A DNA stretch of 53,554 nt, filler included, from Jimgerdemannia flammicorona (taxonomy: Eukaryota): NCBI GenBank assembly GCA_003990765.1. It is 3 parts of 3 records of this genome, joined end to end, with 100 filler letters (N's around TTAATTAATTAA, not from the genome) between each part and the next. Parts side by side here need not be neighbours in the genome. Positions count along the whole stretch, not along the records: positions 17,886 to 35,670 come from RBNJ01002411.1; 2 more parts are not named here. One strand, written 5' to 3'. The translations under genes and the position numbers were made by a program. Under the pieces are notes generated by a model that made no database searches, was not told where the DNA came from, and was given only the letters and a program-made list of their open reading frames with translations. Within the stretch, counting starts at the first letter, position 1, and every line of letters begins with the position of its first letter. Positions 24,561 to 35,770 of this stretch are shown in pieces.

Positions 24561-26619
24561 ACTGTCTTTCTGGTGATAACCTTGGCTGAGTATAAGTCTA
24601 GATCACTGTAGTCTTTACTATTGCTTTCTTCTTCAAAGTCTTCAATAGAATAGACTTCAGTATTCTTATACTGGGTTTCATTCCTTTAGTTTGGTAGTTC
24701 TGAGTCCCTTTGGTTACTTATTTTGTTATTACATTCAGTGGCATAGTATCTAAATTATCTACAGTAGAAGTATTGGACTTGAGCTCTGTTCTAGACAGAG
24801 TATCTTCTTCCTTCTTACTGGTAGCTCCTATTATCTCTGAGTAGATAACCTTAGTTCCTTTATGGTGCATACTCTCTATTGTCTTGTGAGTAGCTCTGAT
24901 TTTTATATGTAGTGAGTTTTTCAATCTGTCCCACCAATTAATCCAACTTGGAGCTGAGATCTTGAATTTTATTTCTATCTTTCTTCTATTCTTTAGCTGG
25001 TTTCCTTTCTTTAGATCTTTCCTATCCTTAAAGAAGTTCTTGTAGAGCTTTGATCAGGATGTCTTCTTTGTTATCTTTCTTATTATGATCACTCTAGATA
25101 AATTTTTGTCTGATATCAAAAAATCCTTGGCCTGCATCTACTTATTCCTCAGATCTTCTGATGTCTAAGGTGTAGATATACTGAGCAATATTTGGAGAAA
25201 TTCCATTTATGAAGATCATTGGACCTATGATGTCTTGGTTAGCAGCATTGAACCTGGCAGCATATATTCTCTTTTGAATTCTTATAAAGAATGCTCTGGA
25301 CAATTATTTAAGATTTATCTTCATTCCTATAGTAGATTCTTATATTTTGTAGCAGGTCTTGTTTTCTGTATACTTTTTAATAAATCAGTAGGTCATGGTC
25401 TCATACTCTGCTAGCCAGATTGGTGCTGTATTGATGGCTGCTCTAAGGTCTGAGTTTAGGTTATTTCTTGCTTAGATAAAAATTCCTTTGGCTGGTTCTC
25501 TGAGTTGGGCCTTATAGATGACAATTTTCCTTTTGGGAGAAAGGTTCTTCAGAGCTGATATTTCTTTAATTCCATTAAGGAATTCTCTTGGGTCTTCTTC
25601 TGGATATTCTGCAAAAGTTGAGAGTAGGGTGGCCATTTCATATATTTTAATTCTAGTTCTGATTCTGACTCTGGTTCAGATTTGTATTCTGGTTTACTTT
25701 CTAAGTTGTTGCTGGAGTTTGGGACACTTGGGTATCTTGAGAAGGATGTTGGAGACCTTGGACAAAGTAGAATAAGTCTGGATATTTTTAAAGAAGCTAC
25801 TTCTTAATTTTCTTATTCTATGACAGCTGGTAGTAGAGATTCAATGGGCAAAATTAATGGAACTTCTGTAGGAAATTGAACTTGTTCAATAAGATCCTCA
25901 AGTTGTTATACAAGCTCATCAAAAACTCTAATAGGGCTACCTGTATAATCTAGTTGATCTGGTTGATCTAGTAATAAATCTATTGGTATGTACTGGCTAG
26001 AGATTCTATACTATACTGGCTTTTTGTTGGGATCTTTCTGAAGCTAGATAGTTGATAAGTCTTGAAGTAATTACTTCTCTTTCTATTTAAATACTGGTGA
26101 TGACTAGTTCTTCTATAGTGATAGAGATTGATATTATATCAAATGTATCTAATTTGACTATGGGTTCTTATGAGCTGAAAAGTTATATTAATTTTGAAAT
26201 CTTCCCAGTTAAGTCTCAAATATAATATACCTAGCTCAATAGAAGCAAATTACAAGGTTGGGAGTTGATATAGTTTAACTTGAGCCCCTAGTTACTTTGT
26301 CAAAAGTAATAAAATATTCTAAAATTCCTAGTATCCTTATTGATATTTACATAGTAGTATAATAGTCAATTTGAATATAATGATTAATTTATATTAATTT
26401 TCTTATTGGGATGGTTTTCTGAATATAGTGACAATTTGTGTATATATAGTATGAGTGGTTTTCTTATGTATAATGATCTGATAATTTGGTAGTTCTTCTT
26501 ATATGATTTCTGTGTAATAATCTCTTATATAGTATAATAATCTCTATATAGTATAATGATCTCTGTATAGTACAATGATCTTCAAAAATATATAATTTCT
26601 AGTAAAATGATCTTAGTAG
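24561..26619 (-). mobile_element. Older, more decayed copy of the dUTPase-gypsy family (partial 5' LTR, PBS, gag)
   Basis: Reverse complement is colinear with ~27750-29735. Confidence 0.9.
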
Positions 26620-28114
26620 TATAACAGACTAAAACATACTACCCGAATTATAACTTAGCCAGATGACGCGAACAATTAGCATACTTACTCAGCATGATGT
26701 GACTTCCAGTGTATCATAATTACTCATGCCCACCATACTTATAATTAGCCAAGACACCAGATCAGGATTGTTTACCTGTATCCTGAGGACACACTCATGT
26801 CCTGCAGACACACTCATGTCCTGTAGACACACTCATGTCCTGCAGGCACACTCATGTTCTGTGGACACACCTGTACCCAGAGGACACACCCAAACATTAC
26901 TGAAGATAGCAAATCTATAGTTAGCCACATAGTAATCAGATAGCAACCAACTTGTATAAATTACCCCAGAGGCGAGAGTGAATAAAACCTCAGTCTGAAT
27001 TGAAGTGCAAACCAAAGAAGCCTCTAAAGATTGAGCAATTGGTCCCCTTATTCCCACTCTGGTCCACTTTCTGATACAAAGCTGATTTTGCTGCCAAGTT
27101 CAAGAAAGAACTTCGCCGCCTTTGGAACTATTAGTTCGCTTACCAGATAAGCCTGAAGATTTGCCACCTAAGTTCAAGGAGAACTTCGCTGCCTTTTGAG
27201 TAATCCACCGCTTAAGGAATAAGCCGCCATTTTCAAGAAGTCCACCGATTCAGGAAGAATCTGCATCATCTGCCATTTCCAAGTTATCCCTCACTACATT
27301 CTCAGAAAGCCACCTTGCTCAAGCCAGTTTCTGATGCAACTTCGCAGTGATCTGTTGTGCAAACGAAGTCAGTCCTTAATGCAACTTTGCCAAGAGACCC
27401 TTTCCAAGAATGCCGCCAGTTGTTTGTATTCTCAGTAGAAGCCCGCCGATTCAGGGAGAATCCACGTCATCCCGTTTCCCAGTTAAGAGCCTGCTGATTC
27501 AGGAAGAATCTGCATCATCCAAGTTACCCGAGTTATCAAATTATCTGCCTCCTACGACATCCAAGTTATTCACCATTCTCAGTGAGCCTGAGTTATTGAG
27601 TTATCTGCCACCCAAGATAATTCCCAGTTGAAGCCACCGAGTTATCCGCATTCCCCGAGAACCCCGCCATTTCAGGAAGAATCCGCACCATACAATTCCC
27701 AGTGAGCCAAATTGAGTTATCTGTCAAATTATCAGAATGCCCCACATAAGGAACCTGCCGCGCTACACAAGAGATCATCATGCAGAAATCAGAGACCATC
27801 ACCCAAGAAGGAGAACCACTAAATTGCCAGACTGTCACACCCAGAAATTGCATACTTTTGGAGATTGTCACGCTACACAAATTATTGTAGCATTCCCAGT
27901 TGATCCAAGAAGGAAGTCCATTTACACACAAATCGCCACTACACCCAGAGAACAGTCCGAATAAGGAAATCGCTCACAGATATCCAGCTTTGACTATTAT
28001 ACCACTAAACACCAAGAACATTTTGTTGCTTTTTGACAAAGTAACTGGGGGCTCAAGCCAAACTACATCAACCCCCAACCTTGTAATTTGCCTCTATTGA
28101 GCCGACACATTACA
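26620..28114 (+). repeat. 5' LTR (~1.5 kb)
   Basis: Starts tataac (decayed tgtaac) and ends cattaca; homologous to solo LTR 51437-52795; 19-bp gacacactcatgtcctgca array at ~26787-26890. Confidence 0.85.
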
Positions 28115-28116
28115 TT

Positions 28117-28134
28117 TGGGGGCTCAACTGGGAA
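28117..28134 (+). promoter_or_regulatory. Primer-binding site, tRNA-Pro type (TGGGGGCTCAACTGGGAA)
   Basis: 2 nt after the LTR end; resembles the canonical Pro PBS TGGGGGCTCGTCCGGGAT after CpG decay. Confidence 0.8.
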
Positions 28135-28150
28135 TAATTTCAAAATCAAT

Positions 28151-30109
28151 ATGACAGTCAAACTGGATACATTTGATACAACACCAACCTCTGCCACTAC
28201 AGGAGAACCAGTCATCACTAGCATTTGGATAGAAAGAGAAGTAATTACCTCAAGACTTGCCAACTACCCAGCATCAGAAGGATCCCAACCAGAAGCAGGA
28301 GGCAGTATAGCCCGAAATCCTCAACCAGATCAACTAGATCAACCAGACAATACAGGCAGCCCTGCTGGAGATTTTGGAGAACTTGTACAGGAATTAGAAG
28401 ACTTTATTACCCAGATCCAACACTTTACAGCCAGATACCCCACACCAGTCCCACCAATCTCACCAATAGAACCCCTACCACAACCTCTTGCAGAACCAGA
28501 AGTAGCTTCTATAAGGATACCTAGGCCTATTCTATCTCACCCAAGGACCAGAACACCATCTTTGGAATACCCAAGCTCCCCCACCTCTAGTGACAGTTCA
28601 GAAAGCGAATCAGAATCAGAATCCAAACCTGAACCAGAATCAGAAGAAAGTGATGATGAAATGGCCACTTCATTGCCAACCTTTGCAGGATATCTGGAGG
28701 AGGACCCCAGAGAATTCCTTGATGGAATTGAAGGAATTGCAGTCTTGAGAAACCTTTCAGATGAAAGAAAAATAGCCATCTATAAAGCCCAGCTCAGAGA
28801 ACCAGCCAGAGGAATTTTCCATCGAACAGCAAACAACCAAGATTCAGAACTAGCAAGACAGATATAAGCAGCAATGTCTTATAAGCTAGAATATGAAGCC
28901 ATGGTCCACTGGCTCATCGAAAAGTATGCAGGAAATGAAACCCGCCACAAGGCTCAGGAATCTATCATAGGGATAAAGATAAATCTTGGAGAATCACCCA
29001 GAGCCTTCTTCACAAAAATCCAGAAGAGAATGCATTCTGCCAGGTTCAATGCCACCAACCAAGACATCATAGGTCCAATGACCTTCATGAATAGAATTCC
29101 TCTGAACATTGCCCAGCATGTCCATACTCTAGGCATCAGAAGGTCTGAAGAGCAAGTAGATGCAGCCCAAGAATTCTTTAATGTCAGGCAAGGAACTACC
29201 TGGAGTGATCATGATAAGAAGGAAGATAAAGAAGATATCCTAATCAAAGCCCTGCAAGGACTCCTTTAAGGACAAGAAAGATCTGAAGAAAGAAGGCCAG
29301 TCAAGGAAGGAAAGAAGAACAGAAGTGAAATCTAAGACCTTAGCTCCAAGCTAGATCGATTGGTTGGCCAAATTGAAAAACTCACTACACATGAAAATCA
29401 GAGCTACCAAGACAACAGAGGATACCCATCACAGAGGAGCCAAGGTTATCCACCAAGAGATAACAGAAATTACCAGCAAGAAGAAAGAAGGTACCCTGTC
29501 TGAGACAGAGCCCAAGTCCAATGCTTCCACTGTGGACAATTAGGATACTATGCCACTGAATGTAACAATAAAAGAAGTGACCAAAGAGACTCAGAACCAC
29601 CAAACCGAAGGAATGACACTCAGTACAAGAAGACTGAAGCCCATCCTGTTGAAGATTTCGAGGAAGCAAGCAACAGTGAAGACTACAGTGACCTAGACTT
29701 GTATCCTATCAAGATTACCACCCAAAAGACAGTCTACCCAGCAGAAAAAAGAAAGAGACCTGTGGGAAGACCCTCCAGGAACATCAGCAGGAGAATCATT
29801 CAAGAAGAAGATGAAGAACATAAGGAGGAACAAGTTGAAACACCTCCCCGAACCCCCCCATCTTTTGTGTCTGAGACAAATGAACTGCCACCAGAAGATG
29901 AAGAAATGGAACAAGAAGAATGGGAACCTGCTGCTATAAAGTCTAAGAAGAAGTACACCCTGAAGACCATGCTTAGGGATATTTACAATGAAGCCTGGCA
30001 GAAGATTCAAGAAGCCAAGATGGAAGTCCCTCTCCTGCAGTTCTTGCAACTGATACCAGCTGGAGTCCGAAACAAATTACTGAGAACCACCAGGTCTAGC
30101 ACTGGCTGA
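28151..30109 (+). pseudogene. gag: Gag with long acidic/Pro-rich N-terminal extension
   Basis: ORF pieces 28088-28867, 28874-29269 and 29699-30109; capsid-like LPTFAGYLEEDPREFL; CFHCGQLGYYATEC knuckle. Confidence 0.85.
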
Positions 30110-31849
30110 GTTCCAATCCCACAACAAGAACCAGCTTCCACCTCAGTTCAAGCAGCTGAAAGACATGTCAGCATCTACTTATATAGAGATATTGGAGGAC
30201 AAAAAGTGAAAATCCTCATAGATACAGGAGCAGCTGTCTGTGTCATTGCCAAATGATTCTTGGACACCCTCCAATGGCCCATTGATAGACCATCCAACCT
30301 CAGCATCATAGTAGCAGATGGAGCCCAAACTCAACCCCTTGGAGAAGTATGAAATATCACCATCTCCCTTGGACACATTCAGTTCTCCATCCTCAAAGCT
30401 GTTGTCACTGAAGCTGTCACCTATGACATGATTCTTGGTACCAACTGGATGAAGGAAATGAATGCAGTTGTTGATATTGGCCAACAAGTACTCAAGTTTG
30501 ACTACCGAGACAAGAAGTATAGAGTTAAGGTGACCAGCTATGAGCAATCAAAGAAGAAGAAGAAGGTTACTATTCTAGAAGAATATGCCAGCAGTGAGGA
30601 GTCTACTACAGAAGAGGAAGAAGAATACGAAGATGGAAATGATCCCAGACTCAATCCACGAATTAACCTAGTGGATGACAGACCAGAAGACAATGTGTGG
30701 GCTAAGAACGCTATCCCTATCACCATCAGAGCCATCGCAGGAGAAGCCAAAGGATGCCCTACATGCCTCAAGAGACACAAGTGTCCTGAGCACTCCTCCA
30801 AGATCATGGGAAAAAGGAAATCGCCTGGTGCAGCCTGCCCAGAATGCAGAAGAAAGAAGAAGAAATGCAGACATGTTTCAGAAATACCTGTAACCGAAGC
30901 TGCAGAAGTACAAGCAATTTGGGGTCAAGAATCATCTAAGGAAGAAGAAACTTCTGACCAAGAAGTTCCTGAACAAGAAGCATCTGATGAAGAAGAAGTC
31001 CCCAAACTCATCCCCTGGGATGACCCTTGCTGGACACCACCTGAAGACAATGACCCCTGAAATACAGAGGAAGGACCCAGTACCATCACCATTATCCCCA
31101 AGAAAGAAACCCACCAAGAGAAAGCTTTCTGGCTAGGAAGGTGTCCACATCAAATGGTCTTCCACTCTCCCCGAGACTATTGCTATTAGTGTCATCTGTT
31201 GGACCAACAAGAAAGACAGAGACCCCAGAGACCAGAACTCTCAACTACTCTTGTACAGTCTACCACCTTTCAGGAAGTCACCACAAGGTTACAAAGTCAA
31301 TTTAGAGGACAAGGCTTCTTTACCCAAACAGAAATATACCCCTTGTCTACCCTTCCCCCAATCTACGATTAAGATGGGTACCAATTCCCAAGACAACAAG
31401 AGATAAATAGCAGGGAATATCATTTCCGAGCAATGGGATATTGCAACCATGAGAGACACCCTGACTGCTGAGACTGCAGACATCAGAAGATTCATCTCAG
31501 TCATGATGTTGCGGTGCACACCTTGAAGAAAGGAGATAACCGAAGCCAGATTCGAAAAAGTCAGATTCGAAAAAGCCAGACCAAGAAGCCTGGAAAATGA
31601 ATTCTCAAGATCTACGATTTAGGAGAAGACATTCTAGTTCTCATCAGACATATAACCTACTAAGGATGGGCAGAAGATGCCACCAACTTCATGGAAGCCC
31701 TTGACCCTACAGAAAGGAGGGGAATCAATTACCTCCAAGACCCCTCTACTGGAGCCAGATGGCCACACCTCAACCTTAGAGCTTGGAGGCTTTCTGCTAG
31801 TGGAGCTTCAGCCCTAGGAAAGCCTGAACTCAGCAAGGACATTGCCCAG

Positions 31850-32250
31850 TATGCCCTGCTGCACCCCAAGGCCAAACCCCCAACCAAAGCCCACCCAGAG
31901 GATATAGGATATGATCTTTACAGTCTGGAGGATGAATCTATCAAGCCTGGAAAAACCTTCATGGTCAGAACGGGATTAGCTATGCAACCACCTCAAGGAG
32001 CTTAATTCAACTGACCTCAAGGTCTGGACTTGCCAGACAAGGGATAACTATAGAAGGAGGAATCATTGACCCTGGATATACAGGTGAAATCAAGGTTATC
32101 CTATACAACAGCAGTGCAGAATGGCACCGAATCATTAGAGGACAGAAGATTACCCAAGCAGTCTTCATGAAGGTCAAGACCCCACAGTTACAGGAAGTCT
32201 CTAGACTAACCAAAGGGACAAGACAAGCTGAAGGATTTGGGAGTTTAGAC
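31850..32250 (+). pseudogene. dut: Trimeric dUTPase domain within pol
   Basis: All five motifs present: DIGYDL, SRSGLA, GIIDPGYTGEI, ITQAV, RQAEGFGS; one frameshift at ~32003. Confidence 0.93.
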
Positions 32251-32799
32251 AGAAAAGAGGTATATCTCCTTTAAGTCAACCACCTCAAGAGGAATGTTCC
32301 CCAGCAAGTATATCGGCAACCAGTCAGACTACACAAGAATCTCATCCTGGAGCCTGGAGAACAAACCACCTTCGAAATATTTGCACCACCCAACCCCAGG
32401 AACCTTTTCTTTGAACCCAAGGAAGATATCCCACACCTAGACATAGAGGGATATACATTCCCTGACAAGATGAACCCAGTACACTCCTGAGCAACCAACC
32501 AAAGTTGGGAGACCATCATCCTGCCAAAAGGAACTATTATAGGACATCTGGTGCCTTTTCTCAACTGAACTCATAGGGAAGTTTATGAATTAAACCTATC
32601 GGGAAATGGCAAAAGGTCCCAGAAGAAAGGAAAGGCCCCTCTGCGACCCAGGAGACAGTGAAGCCTTCCACCAATATTGGAGAAGAATTGATACCTCAAC
32701 AATAGCAACAATTAGTAGAACTTCTCAACAAATATCAAGATATCTTCACCACCGATTATGGCAACCTGCCATACAACCCATAATATCACCACAGCATAA

Positions 32800-35148
32800 A
32801 TACAGGAAGTGCAACACCCATCTGGCAGAAACCCTATAGAATACCCCATCACCTGAAAACATTCAAAAAGGAGTACATCCAAGAACTCTTAGACAATGGA
32901 GTCATCCGACCCTCTACCAGCCCCTGGGCCAGCCCTATACTTATTGTACCAAAGAAAGGAGGATGGAGACTCTGCATAGATTACAGAAAACTCAACTCAG
33001 TTACTGAAAAGGATGCTTATCCTTTGCCCAGAATCAATGACCTTTTGGACCAGTTACAAGATACCAGATACTTCAGCAGTATGGACCTCTTCACAGGATT
33101 CCATGAAATCTCCATAGACCCCAAAGACATTCAAAAGACAGCCTTCCTTGCTCTAGAAAAACTGTTTGAATACCTCCGAATGCCCTTTGGACTTTGCAAT
33201 GCACCCCCCACCTTCCAGAGGATGATGAATTCAGTCTATACCCCCTTGATCCACCACTGTCTGATTGTATATATGGATAATTCCAACATCTATTCAGCAA
33301 ATTTCGAAGAACACCTGCACCACCTAGAGGAATTCTTCAAGCTCACCTGCAAGAATTACTTGAGACTGAATGCAAAGAAATGCTACTTTGGAAAACAGAA
33401 ACTCGAATTCCTGGGATTCATGGTTTCAAAAGAAGGAACTCATACAGATCCAAAGAAAACCAAGAAGATCAACAATTGGCCGGTACGGAAGACTCCAAAG
33501 GAAACACTATCATTCTTGATGCTAGTATCCTACTACAGAAGGTTTATCAAAGATTTTGCCCAAATCACTGCCCCAATCTGAATCCTTCTCAAGAAAGGAG
33601 TGCCATTCAAATGGACAGAATCACAAGAAAAAGCTTTCAGAGAACTCAAGAACTGCATGACTATAGCACCAATCCTTGTGTGCCCCAATCTACAGAAGCC
33701 ATTTATCTTGTATACAGATGCTTCTAAAGATGGCCTAGGGGCAGTTCTAGCCCAAGAAGGACCTGACCAACAGCACTATATGATAGCTTATGCAAGTAGA
33801 GCCACCAACCAGCAGCAGATGAACTATGGTAGCACCAAACTGGAATGTCTTGCAGTCATATGGGCGATCACCCTGTTCAAGCATTACCTTATCAGAAAAA
33901 GGTTCACCCTGATCACAGACCATGCAGCTCTCAAATGGCTATTCAACCACAAGGAACCTGCCGGAATCCTAGCCCGCTGGATCCTTATCCTTCAGGATTA
34001 CAAAATCACCATCATTCACAAAGCAGGAAAAGCCCACAACAATGTTGATGTACTTTCCCACCAGCCCCAATGAATCAGATAAAGGGTGTCCTGAGGAACT
34101 ATACCCTAAAGGAAGCTCCTCAGACTATCAAAGCATGAGAAGATCTCATCCGAAAAGAACATCAGAAAGCCCACCAAGGATAGACAAATATAGAAGACAG
34201 GATTCGAAAACAATATCAACATTGGCCCCACCTCAGAACTCAAGTCCGGGACATTATTCAGAAATGTGACATCTGCCAGAAGTACCAAGGAAAGAAGAAC
34301 TATCAAGCCCCTCTGCAACTGATCCCCCCACCCACTCACATCCTTCAAAGATGGGGAGTAGATGTAATTGGACCTCTACCAGTTACACCAAGAAGAAACA
34401 AATACATCCTTGTATTTGTAGAACATCTGACCAAGTGGTCTGAGGCTTTCCCAATGGAAATCGCAGATGCCTTAACCATTGTAGGCCTCCTCCATGGACT
34501 CACACTCAGATATGGACCTCCAGGAGAACTCATTTCTGACTGAGGCACAGAATTTATCAACAACATAATCACAAGTTATGCCCAAATTCACAAGATCCAC
34601 CTCAAAAGGACCACATCATACTACCCCCAGACCAATAGTATGACAGAAAGAATGAACCAGACCATCAAGAAAGGACTTGCCTGAGTCAATCCTACCAATT
34701 GGGACCTCTGCTTACCTGAGATCCTATGGGAAATTCGGAATACCCCTGCCATGTCCACCAAACAAAAGCCATTCAAAATGATGTTTGCTAAGAAAACCAG
34801 AACTGCTGACCAGGAGAATCTCAGAGACCTCCTCAAGAAGGCAGAACAGTTATGAAATCAAGCCCAAGGACAGATTATCAAAGCCCAGGAAAGACAAAAG
34901 AAGTACTATAACCAAAAATAGAAGAATCAGGAGATCAAGATTGAAGATCAAGTCCTAGTTTGGAGAAGCATGATTGAGACAAACTTTGCCACCAAACTGG
35001 AACCAAAATGGGAAGGACCTTATCTTATACACAATATCAGAGGAACCAGCATCTATTTAAGAAGCATGGATGGATGAACCCTGAGAACACCAGTACACAT
35101 CAATCGCCTCAAGACATACTTCACCTCATACCATGAATCAGAGAATTG
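32800..35148 (+). pseudogene. pol: RT - RNase H - integrase of the gypsy element
   Basis: SPWASPILIVPKKGGWRLCIDYRKLN, MPFGLCNAPPTFQR, YMDN (decayed YMDD), LYTDASKDGLGAVL, KCDICQK, WGVDVIGPLP, YYPQTNSMTERMN, KLEPKWEGPY. Confidence 0.95.
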
Positions 35149-35223
35149 ACAACCACCTCCAAACTCTTGTTCTCAGTTTCCTCTAAGCCCTACCAGTTCC
35201 CCTGCCTCAGTTCTGGGAACCCA

Positions 35224-35645
35224 ATGGAACCTATCTTCAGAGAATCTGAGTTCATCAAGAGAACCTCACTTTGGCTGAAAGGCTACTCCAGGTCCACCAG
35301 CTGTAGGCATATTATGCAATTGGAGAACAATTGCAGAATCTTCCTCTCCCTGACCTAGCCTATGTCCAAAACACCACTGGCCTGAACAGAAGGAATACTA
35401 CTGCTGCAGACAGACTATATACAATATATAAACAAAATCCTTCTATCTTAATCCAAGCCCAGTTTTCCCTGAATGACCTCCAAAGGATGATACTACCCAC
35501 CTACCTCAGCATTATTCACCAAGTGGAGACCCTATTTCCTGAGGAAGAAGAAGAGCCCCTGGAATGGAGTGACCGCAGCTCAGATGATGATGATGGAACA
35601 GGTATAGATGCAGAAGCTGCTTATGCCTATTGGGATGATGACTGA
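35224..35645 (+). pseudogene. ORF3: accessory protein downstream of pol (~140 aa, one frameshift), acidic tail
   Basis: MEPIFRESEF...IMQLENNCRIFLSL / AYVQNTTGLNRRNTTAADRLYTIYKQNPSILIQAQFSLNDLQRM...EEEEEPLEWSDRSSDDDD. Confidence 0.7.
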
Positions 35646-35670
35646 AGAATAGTCTGGGACAGACTACCCT

Positions 35671-35770
35671 NNNNNNNNNNNNNNNNNNNNNNNNNNNNNN
35701 NNNNNNNNNNNNNNTTAATTAATTAANNNNNNNNNNNNNNNNNNNNNNNNNNNNNNNNNNNNNNNNNNNN
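35671..35770. other. Artificial contig-join spacer (44 N + TTAATTAATTAA + 44 N)
   Basis: Linker at 35715-35726. Confidence 0.97.

Larger units (their letters stand above)
26620..35670 (+). mobile_element. Ty3/gypsy LTR retrotransposon with dUTPase and ORF3; 3' LTR lost at contig end
   Basis: 5' LTR 26620-28114, PBS, gag with CCHC knuckle (~29522-29563), protease ILIDTGAAV (~30212), dUTPase, RT, RNase H, integrase with GPY module, ORF3. Scattered stops and frameshifts. Confidence 0.95.

Noticed and set aside
35224..35645. env gene of an errantivirus-like element
   Set aside because: Too short, with no signal peptide, furin site or transmembrane helix.
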